This document shows positions 10,350 to 19,818 of a stretch of DNA of 64,000 nucleotides, piece by piece. Both the position numbers and the translations under genes were made by a program. Every line of letters starts with the position of its first letter. The stretch's first letter is position 1. The stretch lies in the NCBI GenBank assembly GCA_029858565.1, contig JAOUEV010000003.1:80074-144073 (forward strand), read 5' to 3'. Source of the stretch: Nitrospirota bacterium. GTDB lineage: Bacteria; Nitrospirota; UBA9217. A model generated the notes under the pieces. That model made no database searches, had not been told where the DNA came from, and worked only from the letters and a program-made list of their open reading frames with translations.

Positions 10350-11273
10350 GTGCGGAAGAAAGTGACTATTGCAGGAGCAGGGAATGTGGGCGCCACGCTG
10401 GCGCAGCGGATCACCGAACGGGACCTGGTGGATGTGGTGATGATCGACGTGACCGAGGGCGTGCCGCAGGGCAAGGCGCTTGATCTGCTGGAAGCGGGCC
10501 CGGTGCTGGGGTACGACACCTGCGTCACCGGGACCAATAACTATGACGACACGGCGAATTCCGACATGATCGTGATCACCGCAGGCCTGGCGCGGAAGCC
10601 CGGCATGAGCCGTGACGACCTGCTTGCCGCGAACGCGGGCATCGTGAAGGAGGTGGCCGCAGAGACCGCGAAGCGGTCGCCGAACGCGGTCATGATCGTG
10701 GTGACCAATCCCATGGATGTGATGGCCTTTGTGGCCATGCAGGCCAGCGGATTCCCCAAGGAGCGGGTGATCGGTATGGGCGGGGTGCTCGATTCCGCCC
10801 GCTTCCGGACCTTCATTGCCACGGAGCTTGCCGTATCCGTCGAGAACGTGCATGCTTTTGTAATGGGCGGCCACGGGGATACCATGGTGCCGCTGCCGCG
10901 CTATTCCTCGGTGGCGGGGATCCCGCTTCCGGAACTGCTTCCGGCGGACCGGATCAACGCGCTTGTCGAGCGGACCCGGAACGGCGGCGCCGAGATCGTG
11001 GCACTGCTCAAAACCGGCAGCGCCTACTACGCGCCCTCTGTCGCGACCCTGGAAATGATGGAGTCGATCCTCCAGGACAAGAAAAAGATCCTTCCCTGCT
11101 CCGTGCGGCTCGACGGCGAATACGGCGTGAACGGCGTTTTTGCCGGCGTGCCGGTGAAGCTGGGCGCGAAGGGCATCGAACAGATCATCGAGGTCAAGCT
11201 GAACGCTGATGAGAAAGCTGCGTTCATGAAGTCCGTGGAGGCGGTGCGGTCAGGATGCGCGAAATTCACGTAG
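10350..11273 (+). CDS. mdh: malate dehydrogenase (LDH-like)
   Basis: [41 protein letters not shown]. Confidence 0.97.
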   Translation: MRKKVTIAGAGNVGATLAQRITERDLVDVVMIDVTEGVPQGKALDLLEAGPVLGYDTCVTGTNNYDDTANSDMIVITAGLARKPGMSRDDLLAANAGIVKEVAAETAKRSPNAVMIVVTNPMDVMAFVAMQASGFPKERVIGMGGVLDSARFRTFIATELAVSVENVHAFVMGGHGDTMVPLPRYSSVAGIPLPELLPADRINALVERTRNGGAEIVALLKTGSAYYAPSVATLEMMESILQDKKKILPCSVRLDGEYGVNGVFAGVPVKLGAKGIEQIIEVKLNADEKAAFMKSVEAVRSGCAKFT

Positions 11274-12094
11274 AAGAGATCCGCGACAATGTCGCGCGCA
11301 TGTGCGTCGAGGCGTCCTGCGACCTCTCCGAGGATGTGGAGACCGCTTTTGACCGGGCGCTCGAAGCGGAGACCGCGCCGACAGGCAGGGAGATCATCGG
11401 CCTCCTGAAGGAGAACGCGCGGATCGCCCGGGAGGACCGCATCCCGATCTGCCAGGACACGGGTATTGCCGTGTTCTTTGTCGAGATCGGACAGGACCTG
11501 AGGATCAAGAACGGTTTCATCACCGACGCGATCAACGAAGGGGTCCGGAAGGGCTATAGGGAAGGATATCTCCGCAAGTCCGTTGTCGAACCCCTGACGC
11601 GCAAGAACACCGGGGACAATACGCCGGCGGTCGTCTACACGGAACTGGTGCCCGGGGACAGGCTCAGGATATCCTTCATGCCCAAGGGCGCGGGAAGCGA
11701 GAATATGAGCGCCATCCGCATGCTGCGGCCGACCGACGGCGTGGAGGGCATAAAGGAATTCGTGGTCGAATGCGTCAGGAACGCAGGGGCCAATCCCTGT
11801 CCTCCTATTGTTGTCGGCGTCGGCATCGGCGGGACCTTTGAGAAAGCGGCGCTTCTGGCGAAAAAATCGCTTCTCCGATCCATCGGGAGCCCGAATTTGA
11901 AACTTGAGCTGGCTTCCCTGGAAGAGGAACTGCTGAAGGCGGTGAACCGGACCGGCATCGGACCCGAGGGCCTTGGCGGCAGGGTAACAGCAATGGCGGT
12001 TCACGTGGAGACCTTCCCCTGTCATATCGCGAGCCTGCCGGTGGCGGTGAACATCAACTGCCACGCGGCGAGACATAAAACAATAATTCTTTAA
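11255..12094 (+). CDS. Fe-S fumarate hydratase, alpha subunit
   Basis: [40 protein letters not shown]; next to mdh. Confidence 0.93.
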   Translation: MREIHVEEIRDNVARMCVEASCDLSEDVETAFDRALEAETAPTGREIIGLLKENARIAREDRIPICQDTGIAVFFVEIGQDLRIKNGFITDAINEGVRKGYREGYLRKSVVEPLTRKNTGDNTPAVVYTELVPGDRLRISFMPKGAGSENMSAIRMLRPTDGVEGIKEFVVECVRNAGANPCPPIVVGVGIGGTFEKAALLAKKSLLRSIGSPNLKLELASLEEELLKAVNRTGIGPEGLGGRVTAMAVHVETFPCHIASLPVAVNINCHAARHKTIIL

Positions 12095-12097
12095 GAG

Positions 12098-12152
12098 CCG
12101 TGAGGCGTGAGGCGTGAGGGGTAAGGCGTAAGACGTGAGACGTGAAATGTGA
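12098..12152. repeat. 7-nt tandem repeat (CGTGAGG family)
   Basis: cgtgaggcgtgaggcgtgaggggtaaggcgtaagacgtgagacgtgaaatgtga. Confidence 0.75.
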
Positions 12153-12200
12153 AGAACCAGTGACCCTGTGTTCATTTGCTGTTAAGGAACGTGATCTGAT

Positions 12201-12761
12201 ATGTCTTCTCCAATAAAAATAGCATCCCCCTTGACCGACGAGGCCGTGTCCAAGCTCCGGGCCGGTGACCGCGTGCTGATCACCGGGACCATCTATACGG
12301 GCAGGGACATGGCTCACAAGTACATGGTCGAGGGACATCAGAAAGGCGAGAAAGTGCCTTTTGATCTCAAGGGACAAGTCCTTTACTACACCGGTCCGAC
12401 GCCGGCGCCTCCGGGCAAGCCGATCGGTGCGGCCGGCCCTACCACGAGCTACCGCATGGACAAATACGCGCCCTACCTTCTCGATCTGGGGCTCAAGTGC
12501 ATGATCGGCAAAGGTCCTCGCGGCGCAGCGGTGCGGGAGTCGATCAAAAAGAACAAGGCCCTGTATCTTGCCGCCATCGGCGGGGCAGGCGCGCTCATAT
12601 CAAAGTCCATCAAAAAGGCCGAAGTGATCGCTTATCCCGAGCTTGGGACCGAGGCGGTGATGCGGCTCGAGGTCGAAGACTTCCCCGCTATTGTCGTGAA
12701 CGATATTGTCGGCGGGGACCTGTATGAGCTGGGCGTGGCGGAGTACCGGGAAGAGAAATAA
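12201..12761 (+). CDS. Fe-S fumarate hydratase, beta subunit
   Basis: TGRDMAH, YYTGPTP, AGPTTSYRMD, MIGKG, ELGTEA. Confidence 0.93.
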   Translation: MSSPIKIASPLTDEAVSKLRAGDRVLITGTIYTGRDMAHKYMVEGHQKGEKVPFDLKGQVLYYTGPTPAPPGKPIGAAGPTTSYRMDKYAPYLLDLGLKCMIGKGPRGAAVRESIKKNKALYLAAIGGAGALISKSIKKAEVIAYPELGTEAVMRLEVEDFPAIVVNDIVGGDLYELGVAEYREEK

Positions 12762-12773
12762 CTGCTATTTGTC

Positions 12774-12843
12774 GACGCTGAGGACACTGAGAAAGCTTAT
12801 GAAAATTCGCTTTTTTCATAACTTCGTCTGTGTCCTCAGTGTC
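12774..12843. repeat. inverted-repeat element of GACACTGAG 9-mers
   Basis: gacgctgaggacactgag ... tctgtgtcctcagtgtc around an AT-rich spacer; sister at 19860-19933. Confidence 0.7.
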
Positions 12844-12871
12844 AAAGAATATTTACTGTCAAGGAGAAGTC

Positions 12872-13405
12872 ATGTCGATCAAATCAAAGATCAGAACCGT
12901 ACCGAACTACCCGAAAAAAGGCATCATGTTCCGCGATATCACCACGCTCATCAAGGACCCCGTCGGATTCCGTCTGGTGATCGATACGATCACGCAGCGC
13001 TATATCCATGACGATTATAACTTCAACGTCATCGTTGGCATCGAGTCCCGGGGCTTCATCATCGGCGGAGCCCTGTCCTACACGCTCGGAAAGGGTTTTG
13101 TGCCGATCCGGAAGAAGGGCAAGCTTCCGGCTGAGGTCGTTTCCCAGGAATACGAACTTGAGTACGGCACGGACAAGATCGAGGTGCACAAGGACGCGCT
13201 CAAGCAGGGGGACCGCGTGCTGTTGATCGACGATCTGCTCGCTACCGGCGGCACTGCCATGGCGGCAGCCGCGCTTATCGAGAAGCTGGGCGCCAAGGTC
13301 GTGGAGATGGCATTTATCGTGGATCTGCCTGATGTGGGAGGGCGGAAGAAGCTTGAAGCAAAGGGATACAAGGTCTACGCTCTTACGGAGTTCGAAGGTG
13401 ATTGA
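12872..13405 (+). CDS. apt: adenine phosphoribosyltransferase
   Basis: FRDITTL, GIESRGF, RKKGKLP, YELEYG, PRPP-binding LIDDLLATGGT; AGGAG RBS before ATG 12872. Confidence 0.97.
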   Translation: MSIKSKIRTVPNYPKKGIMFRDITTLIKDPVGFRLVIDTITQRYIHDDYNFNVIVGIESRGFIIGGALSYTLGKGFVPIRKKGKLPAEVVSQEYELEYGTDKIEVHKDALKQGDRVLLIDDLLATGGTAMAAAALIEKLGAKVVEMAFIVDLPDVGGRKKLEAKGYKVYALTEFEGD

Positions 13406-13436
13406 TACGGTTTGATCGGATTAATTATCCTGATGG

Positions 13437-13477
13437 AAAAGGCGAAGCATGAAACGCATGCTTCGCCTTTTTTGTTT
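13437..13477 (+). terminator. intrinsic terminator
   Basis: AAAAGGCGAAGCATG-aaacg-CATGCTTCGCCTTTT plus T tract. Confidence 0.85.
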
Positions 13478-13520
13478 GAAAATTCAATTGGTTGGATAGG
13501 CCGGGTGTAATGGGAGGCAA

Positions 13521-13586
13521 AGAATTGTTGACAATTGTCAATTATTCTAACATCTACTTGACAGATAATCTAACTCATGGTATGGT
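13521..13586 (+). promoter_or_regulatory. sigma70 promoter with upstream palindromic operator
   Basis: Perfect palindrome TTGACAATTGTCAA (13528-13541) inside AGAAT...ATTCT; -35 TTGACA (13558-13563), 17-nt spacer, -10 TATGGT (13581-13586). Confidence 0.6.
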
Positions 13587-13609
13587 GGCTCCATGGTAGG
13601 AGGGCTGCT

Positions 13610-14398
13610 ATGAGTGTTTCCAATAAAATAGGCCGGCGGATCAAAGAGTTGAGGGAAAAGGCCGATATGAGCCAGGATGCGTTGGCGATCGCGATGAAAC
13701 TGCCGCGACCCGCGATTGTTCTCATCGAGAAAGGATCGAGAAAGGTGTCCGCCGATGAACTTGTCGGTTTTTCCAAGTTGTTCCATGTGGCAGTGGATGA
13801 GCTGTTGAATCCCGGGAAAGAACCGGATGTTCGGCTGCCCGAGGAGAGGGCAGAAATAGCTGCTAAACCGGGTCTGCGGATCAGTGTGCCGCAGAAAAAC
13901 CTCGTGAAGTTCAAGGAAGTGCTGCTATACATCCTGAACAAGGTCGGCGCCAAGGAGAATATCGGCGAGACGGTCATCTATAAGCTGCTTTATTTTATCG
14001 ATTTCGACTATTACGAGAAATACGAAGAACAGCTGATCGGCGCCACGTATATCAAGAACAAGTTCGGACCAACGCCGGTCGAGTTCGTCAAGATCGTCGA
14101 GAAGATGATCAAGAACGGGGAGATCGAAAAGGTCAAAAGCGAGTACTTCAAGCTGCAGCAGACCAAGTATCTGCCCCGTAGAAAAGCGGACCGCGCGAAA
14201 CTCACGGCTGGAGAGGTCGAAGTGATCGATGACGTGCTGAACCGGCTCTCGGACATGAATGCCAACCAGATCAGCGCATATTCGCACAGCGACGTGCCCT
14301 GGATGTCAACAAAGGATGGCGAGACCATTGATTATGAATCGGTCTTCTATCGCACACCGCCCTATTCCGTGCGGGCTTACGCGGAAGAGAACGGATGA
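13610..14398 (+). CDS. XRE-HTH fused to Panacea (DUF4065/SocA-like) antitoxin domain
   Basis: N-terminal IGRRIKELREKADMSQDALA...IEKGSRKV; C-terminal KLLYFIDF, YIKNKFGPTP, ISAYSHSDVPW, IDYE. Confidence 0.88.
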   Translation: MSVSNKIGRRIKELREKADMSQDALAIAMKLPRPAIVLIEKGSRKVSADELVGFSKLFHVAVDELLNPGKEPDVRLPEERAEIAAKPGLRISVPQKNLVKFKEVLLYILNKVGAKENIGETVIYKLLYFIDFDYYEKYEEQLIGATYIKNKFGPTPVEFVKIVEKMIKNGEIEKVKSEYFKLQQTKYLPRRKADRAKLTAGEVEVIDDVLNRLSDMNANQISAYSHSDVPWMSTKDGETIDYESVFYRTPPYSVRAYAEENG

Positions 14399-14760
14399 GC
14401 GGTCCGTTCTACAGAGAATTCTCCGGCACACTGTTTAAAAAGATCACCCATGTGCCGGAGTTCGAAAAGGACCTGAAGAAGTTGCTGAAACGCTTCTCTT
14501 CTCTGGAAGAGGACCTGCAGACCTTCATCAAGGTTGCAATGAGCCTGTTCCATAAGCAGAAGATCGACAGCAACGCCATCTTTCACGTATCCGATCTCGG
14601 GATTAAATCTCCGAAAATATATAAAGCTAAGAAGTTCGCCTGTAAGGCGCTGAAAGGCAAGGGCGCACAATCGGGGATCAGGGTCATTTATGCGTATCAT
14701 GAGGAAGAGGATTGGGTGGAGTTTGTGGAAATCTACTGTAAAGAGGATAGGGAAAGATGA
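14395..14760 (+). CDS. RelE/HigB-like toxin
   Basis: PEFEKDLKKLLKRFSSL..., KGKGAQSGIRVIY, VEIY; ATGA overlap with the antitoxin. Confidence 0.72.
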   Translation: MSGPFYREFSGTLFKKITHVPEFEKDLKKLLKRFSSLEEDLQTFIKVAMSLFHKQKIDSNAIFHVSDLGIKSPKIYKAKKFACKALKGKGAQSGIRVIYAYHEEEDWVEFVEIYCKEDRER

Positions 14761-14761
14761 T

Positions 14762-14803
14762 GAGAATAACTTCCTCAGAATAATTTCATCAGAATAATTT
14801 CAT
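14762..14803. repeat. 14-nt tandem repeat, 3 copies
   Basis: gagaataacttcct cagaataatttcat cagaataatttcat at the left edge of the AT-rich island. Confidence 0.75.
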
Positions 14804-14858
14804 CCGATTGAATGTTTTGCATATAAATGATATACTCTTTCATTCGTTAGGAGTCGTT

Positions 14859-15767
14859 ATGAATTTCCCTCCACCTACAGCTGAAGATATCAAGGTGCTG
14901 TTTCCTCAGTTCCAGGAAGTCCGCTTCCTTAAAACTGGCGGTTTTAAAGCAGTTTACAAGGCTGTTGTAAAGGACAGACCAGAAGCCTTCAAGCTTGTTT
15001 ACGTTCCGGAAGTGAATGGAGTCGATCCGGAAGTTGCTAAGGAAATCCGAAAAGAATCGCTCGGAAGAATTACGCGAGAAATAAAAATACTTAATAACTG
15101 CAAGTCCCCAGAAATAGTGAAACTCGGTTCTATGCAACCATCTCCCGTCTCAATTGGGGGGCGTGAATATATCGCGTACTCTGAGGAGTATCTTGATGGG
15201 AATGCGCTGAGGGAGTTAATTAATCAATCAACAAAACCGACAGAAGATGATATTCGAGCCCTATTTCTGAGTCTGCTTAAAGCTATTCGTGAACTTTGGT
15301 CTTTCAATGTTATCCATCGAGACATAAAACCTGATAACGTTATGAAGCTAAATCAAAAAGATAGACGATTTGTGGTTCTTGATCTGGGGATTGCATTTTC
15401 CCCTGCCGATACTCCACTTACCTTCGATGCATCGCATCGTTTGCCACCGGGAACGTTTCGCTATATTGCACCCGAAATGCTCCAGCCGGGATTCCGCGAT
15501 TCAATAGATTTCAGAAGCGACATTTATACCGCAGCAATGACTGTTTATGAATATGCTGCTTGGCAACACCCGCTTGCTAAGGATAAAGATGATCTTATCG
15601 CAACACTATCGCGAATCGTTCGCGAGTCTCCTAAGTCACTAAAAGAACATAGGCCAGATCTTTCTCAGTTGGTTATAGGAACGGTAGATCAAATGCTAAA
15701 AAAGATACCAGCATTAAGGCCTTCAAACATAAATATGCTAATCGATAAATTAGAGAGAAACATATGA
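14859..15767 (+). CDS. Hanks-type serine/threonine protein kinase
   Basis: TGGFKAVY, AFK, REIKIL, HRDIKPDN, DLG, GTFRYIAPE, SDIY; AGGAG RBS before ATG 14859. Confidence 0.92.
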   Translation: MNFPPPTAEDIKVLFPQFQEVRFLKTGGFKAVYKAVVKDRPEAFKLVYVPEVNGVDPEVAKEIRKESLGRITREIKILNNCKSPEIVKLGSMQPSPVSIGGREYIAYSEEYLDGNALRELINQSTKPTEDDIRALFLSLLKAIRELWSFNVIHRDIKPDNVMKLNQKDRRFVVLDLGIAFSPADTPLTFDASHRLPPGTFRYIAPEMLQPGFRDSIDFRSDIYTAAMTVYEYAAWQHPLAKDKDDLIATLSRIVRESPKSLKEHRPDLSQLVIGTVDQMLKKIPALRPSNINMLIDKLERNI

Positions 15768-16945
15768 AACTATATGCGCAACACGGATATGGGGAAGGTG
15801 AAAAAATAAGCCAAGGACTGCAAAAAGGATTAATTTCTGGTGTTGTCTATGGCGCAAAGGATATAAACCCAGACCGGCTTAGGGAACGACTAGGTGGGAT
15901 TGCCACTAGTATGCCAACTGCCGGTAGAGTATTAGATCCCCAATATTATGTTAGTTTAATCGGGTCTGACCCAAATATTAGGCTCGGCAAACTGGAGGAA
16001 TATCCCTATTTTACTGTCAGACGCCGGAGTCAATTAGAATCAAACGACTTGATAAAAGAAGAAATACGCAAAGTAATAGAATTTCAAGCAGGTTTGCCAG
16101 TTTCAGCTATCATTGCTCCTAATATATTGATCTCTCGGTCTTTTGATTCCGTTGAGGCAGTTATTGCGAAGAATTTTATTCGACAAGCGAAGGGGATATA
16201 TGAGGAGTACTCGGATAAAAGGCCACTGTATGTAACACTAGCAATATCAAGAGAAGCCTTAATCGATTTTACCGAATTAGAGGCTTTTCTGAACGATGTT
16301 ACACTCCTAGATAAACAGCCGGACGGATTTTACCTCCTAGTCGGAGCACGCAGCGTTGAAGCGAGGACGGACCTTTATAATGCAGATGTTATTGCCGCTT
16401 GGATGTTGCTTAATCATTCTCTAAAAATAAACGGGTATGAAATTATTAATGGTTATTCCGACCTCATATCGCCTTTTCTCGGCGCTGTAGGCGGTGATAT
16501 CGGCTGTACTGGCTGGTGGTCGAATCTAAGGACATTTTCAATGGATCGTTTTGCTCCTGAATCCACGGGGGGGCGACAGCCTGTACAGCGATACCTATGC
16601 ACTAAATTACTCAATCGCATTACTTTTTATGAATTAGACGCTTTGCGTCGGATCTTCCCAGAGGTGGTAAACGGGCTATCTGTGGACACCGAGTATCTAG
16701 GTGAACCGGAGCGCTCTATTGAGGTTCTCCAGTCATGGGAAGCCTTAAACAGTTTATTATCTACCCTTACCGCTAGTAGTGATCCATCCAGAAATGTTGG
16801 AAAATGCACAGATGCCATCAATTATGCAAACGACTTATACATATCAATCAGGGCTCGCTATCGGTTAGACCCAAAGTCTGATGATAGCCATCTGGAAGCG
16901 CTTCAAGAAGGGATGAGTCTTTTTAAGAAGCGGGCAGAGTTGTAA
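15764..16945 (+). CDS. hypothetical protein, translationally coupled to the kinase (possible beta/alpha barrel)
   Basis: 393-aa ORF in AT-rich DNA; ATGA overlap with the kinase; alternating strand/helix pattern; no recognised family. Confidence 0.85.
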   Translation: MKLYAQHGYGEGEKISQGLQKGLISGVVYGAKDINPDRLRERLGGIATSMPTAGRVLDPQYYVSLIGSDPNIRLGKLEEYPYFTVRRRSQLESNDLIKEEIRKVIEFQAGLPVSAIIAPNILISRSFDSVEAVIAKNFIRQAKGIYEEYSDKRPLYVTLAISREALIDFTELEAFLNDVTLLDKQPDGFYLLVGARSVEARTDLYNADVIAAWMLLNHSLKINGYEIINGYSDLISPFLGAVGGDIGCTGWWSNLRTFSMDRFAPESTGGRQPVQRYLCTKLLNRITFYELDALRRIFPEVVNGLSVDTEYLGEPERSIEVLQSWEALNSLLSTLTASSDPSRNVGKCTDAINYANDLYISIRARYRLDPKSDDSHLEALQEGMSLFKKRAEL

Positions 16946-17453
16946 GTTGAAGACCCAGAAGGGATAACGCTTTTGTATATGCAGTCTCGCTTATGGGTTT
17001 ATCCTTCTTTGGGCTATAAATTTTGTTAATGATGCCACTTTCAGCATCAAAGGCCCAAAGACCCACATTGAAAGTCCGAAAATCCGATAACGCTTGTTTC
17101 GCCTTATCTGCTTCATCCGGAGGCAGGACCACATATACGGAATCCGCGAAGTATTTGTACCGATACGATTGAGCCAGAGCTTTTCGCCAATCCCTGATTT
17201 TCATCTCAAATGCTTGAAGAGTCTTTTTCCTGGGGCTAATGCATACAGACACGATATCCGCTATTCCGAGGCCGGGAACATGAAGTTCGCGAGCCATGTC
17301 GAAAGCATGGCATCGGGCTGTTGATTTCCCCTGTTCTTCACGTTGGTAGGTACGTCCGAAGGCCAAAACAAAATCAGCTTCTTGCCGCTTTCTTGATGTA
17401 TTTATCGGCAAGTTTCTCCTCGGATGTTTATTGAAAGGGATTAAATATCTCAT
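16923..17453 (-). CDS. PD-(D/E)XK nuclease-like protein
   Basis: REL...GIADIV...AFEMKIRDWRKALAQSYRY...VYVVLP; start placed at ATG 17453 after an extended -10 element. Confidence 0.75.
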   Translation of the reverse strand: MRYLIPFNKHPRRNLPINTSRKRQEADFVLAFGRTYQREEQGKSTARCHAFDMARELHVPGLGIADIVSVCISPRKKTLQAFEMKIRDWRKALAQSYRYKYFADSVYVVLPPDEADKAKQALSDFRTFNVGLWAFDAESGIINKIYSPKKDKPISETAYTKALSLLGLQLTTLPAS

Positions 17454-17553
17454 GTTTCTATAATAGCACACGGTTGAAATCATCGCCAATGAATTTCGAT
17501 AAAGATAAAACCTAGTCAAAGTTGGAGGCGGGCATGCTTGCAGAGAGCATCAC

Positions 17554-18828
17554 TCAATGCACCGAGCAGGAAATGCAGGGATCATAAGACCGGACCAGCA
17601 TCTGGGCCAATAGCTCGATGTCCCGGTCCTTCTTTCCTTCCTTGGCGTACTTCTCCGCTAATGCAGCCAGGTCATGCTGGATGTTCGCATGGTTCTGGCT
17701 CGTGGGGATCACGCAGTCGCTCTTGACGATCCTGCCGTCCTTGTCGAACTCGTAGCAATGATAGAGGATCCCCCTCGGCACTTCCACGGCGCCCACACCG
17801 GTCCCTGCCTTTGGCTCCACCGTTTGTCTTGGCTCTTTCCATTCCATATCAAGCATACTGTTGATCATATCGATCGATTCCAGAACCACATGTACGCATT
17901 CCACAAGCTGGGCAATGTTGTTCATGTAGGGGTTGTGATTCACCGGCTGAAGGCCGAAGGACCGGGCGATATCCTGTGCTGCCGGATGGAGGGCCGCGAA
18001 GTTGTTGTTGATCCGCGCCAGGGCTCCCACGGCAAAGGATTGACGTGAGAGCTTGCTCCATTTGGATGTGGACTGGTCAACCAGGTACTCGTTCGTCATC
18101 AGCCTGTATTCGCTCTCCTTTTTTACCACGCCGTCGGTCGAGACCAGGTCCCCGCCGATGAAGGGATACGAACCGGCGGCCTTCAGGGAAACGAACTCGG
18201 TCTCGCGCTTAAAATCAGGGATCGTGAACACGCGGAAAAGCTCCGCGGTCTTGACCAGGTCATCGACCACATCCTGGAGCCGGTACTTGTAGCGCACCAG
18301 ATCGTTCTTCTCGGGCAGCATGGTGAATCCGCCGATAACGGTACGCGTGGGATGCATGCGCCTGCCGCCGATGCCGTCGCAAAGATCGTTTGCCAGGAGT
18401 TTTACCTTTGCCGCCCGTTTGACCACATCGGGATGGGAATCGATCAGCGGGAACACGCTGCCGACGTTCAGGAAGTCCGGCGCTGCGAGGAAATAGAGGT
18501 GGAGTACATGGCTCTGGAGCGTCTCCATGTGCTTGAGCAGGAGGCGGAGCTTCTGCGTCTGTTCAGAAGGCACGAATCCGAAGGCATTCTCCACTGCGCG
18601 GATGCTGGCCAGGGTATGGCCGATGGAACAGATGCCGCAGATCCTGGCGCAGATCCAGGGCGCGTTCTCCCACTTCTTGCCCACGAGCATTGCTTCGAAG
18701 AACCGGGGAGTCTCGACCACTTCCCACCGGGCCTGCTCGACCTTGCCGTCCTTGATCGAGATCTTGATGTTGCCGTGGCCTTCGACCCGGGTGAGGTGTT
18801 TGATATCGATCGTTTGGTTGAGCTTCAT
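17554..18828 (-). CDS. group 3b [NiFe]-hydrogenase large (alpha) subunit
   Basis: TRVEGHG, RFFE, L1 motif RICGIC, EVPRG, L2 motif DPCISCSVH. Confidence 0.96.
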   Translation of the reverse strand: MKLNQTIDIKHLTRVEGHGNIKISIKDGKVEQARWEVVETPRFFEAMLVGKKWENAPWICARICGICSIGHTLASIRAVENAFGFVPSEQTQKLRLLLKHMETLQSHVLHLYFLAAPDFLNVGSVFPLIDSHPDVVKRAAKVKLLANDLCDGIGGRRMHPTRTVIGGFTMLPEKNDLVRYKYRLQDVVDDLVKTAELFRVFTIPDFKRETEFVSLKAAGSYPFIGGDLVSTDGVVKKESEYRLMTNEYLVDQSTSKWSKLSRQSFAVGALARINNNFAALHPAAQDIARSFGLQPVNHNPYMNNIAQLVECVHVVLESIDMINSMLDMEWKEPRQTVEPKAGTGVGAVEVPRGILYHCYEFDKDGRIVKSDCVIPTSQNHANIQHDLAALAEKYAKEGKKDRDIELLAQMLVRSYDPCISCSVH

Positions 18829-18865
18829 GAATTCCTCATTTTATAGTCACTTTTAAAAGCAGTTT

Positions 18866-18953
18866 TCTCACGAAGCCACGAAGTCACGAAGAACGGCTTA
18901 TAATCAGATACTTGTCAGTGTCATTCTTCGTGTCTTCGTGCCTTCGTGTGAGA
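18866..18953. repeat. inverted-repeat element of CACGAAGN 8-mers
   Basis: tctcacgaagccacgaagtcacgaagaa ... ttcttcgtgtcttcgtgccttcgtgtgaga, inside the hydrogenase operon. Confidence 0.8.
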
Positions 18954-18972
18954 CAACGTTGCCGTTCGGAAG

Positions 18973-19797
18973 TTATGCTTTTGTTTTGATCGCTTTTCTC
19001 ATTTCGCCAGCATGCTGACTGAACCCTCCGAAGCACTCCAGGCGGTCGAGCATGGTCTCCTCGGAGAAGCCGTTCTTCTTCATGATCTCCTTCATCTGTT
19101 CGATGTTCGCGTCCACCGCCGGTCCGCGGCAGCCCCAGCAGCCGAACCGGTTATTGGGACACCAGGAATCGCAGCCGCCGCGGGTGATCGGGCCCAGGCA
19201 GGGTTCGCCGAGGTCGTAGAGGCAGGTGTTCTCATTTGCCTTGCACTCCATGCAGACCGGATACTTGGGCTGCACAATGGCCTTGCCGAGGACCACGTTC
19301 GTAACGATTTTCTCGACCTCTTCCTTCTTTACCGGACAGCCGAATATCTGGAGGTCCACTTTCACATGGGCATCGAGCGGCTGGGCAATATCGTTCGTCT
19401 CGATCGCATGAGAGCCGTAAACCTCCTTTTTGACCCAGGTCGGATCGTTGAAACGGTTCTTGAGCTGGTTCACGCCGCCAAAACAGGCGCAGGAACCAAA
19501 AGCAACAAGCACCTTGGCCCGCTCGCGGATCGTCTTGATCCGGTCGACCTCGTCGGAACGGGTTACACTTCCTTCAATGAACGCGATATCGTAATCTTCG
19601 TTCTTCTCGGTCATGGCCTCGCGGAAGGCGCGCACATCCACGAGCGACAGGAAGTCCAGAAGCGATGCCTCGTTGTTCACGATCTGGAGCTGGCATCCTT
19701 CGCAGGAGGACAGCTCGAAAAAGGCCACTTTCGGCTTTGAAACTGGAATCCCCAGGTAGGTCCGCTGTACTGTCTGGTTCGCGCTCAAGTTGATCAC
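18973..19797 (-). CDS. group 3b [NiFe]-hydrogenase small (delta) subunit
   Basis: SSCEGC, IEGSV, GSCACFGG, GCP, VCMEC, CLGPITRGGC..CP....CWGCRG; the TTG at 19788 is an alternative start. Confidence 0.95.
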   Translation of the reverse strand: MINLSANQTVQRTYLGIPVSKPKVAFFELSSCEGCQLQIVNNEASLLDFLSLVDVRAFREAMTEKNEDYDIAFIEGSVTRSDEVDRIKTIRERAKVLVAFGSCACFGGVNQLKNRFNDPTWVKKEVYGSHAIETNDIAQPLDAHVKVDLQIFGCPVKKEEVEKIVTNVVLGKAIVQPKYPVCMECKANENTCLYDLGEPCLGPITRGGCDSWCPNNRFGCWGCRGPAVDANIEQMKEIMKKNGFSEETMLDRLECFGGFSQHAGEMRKAIKTKA

Positions 19798-19818
19798 CTC
19801 AAAGGCAAAACAATATTA

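Noticed and set aside
17554-18828. Possible [NiFeSe] hydrogenase, given the nearby Sec candidate
   Set aside because: All four ligand positions are Cys codons; there is no in-frame TGA.
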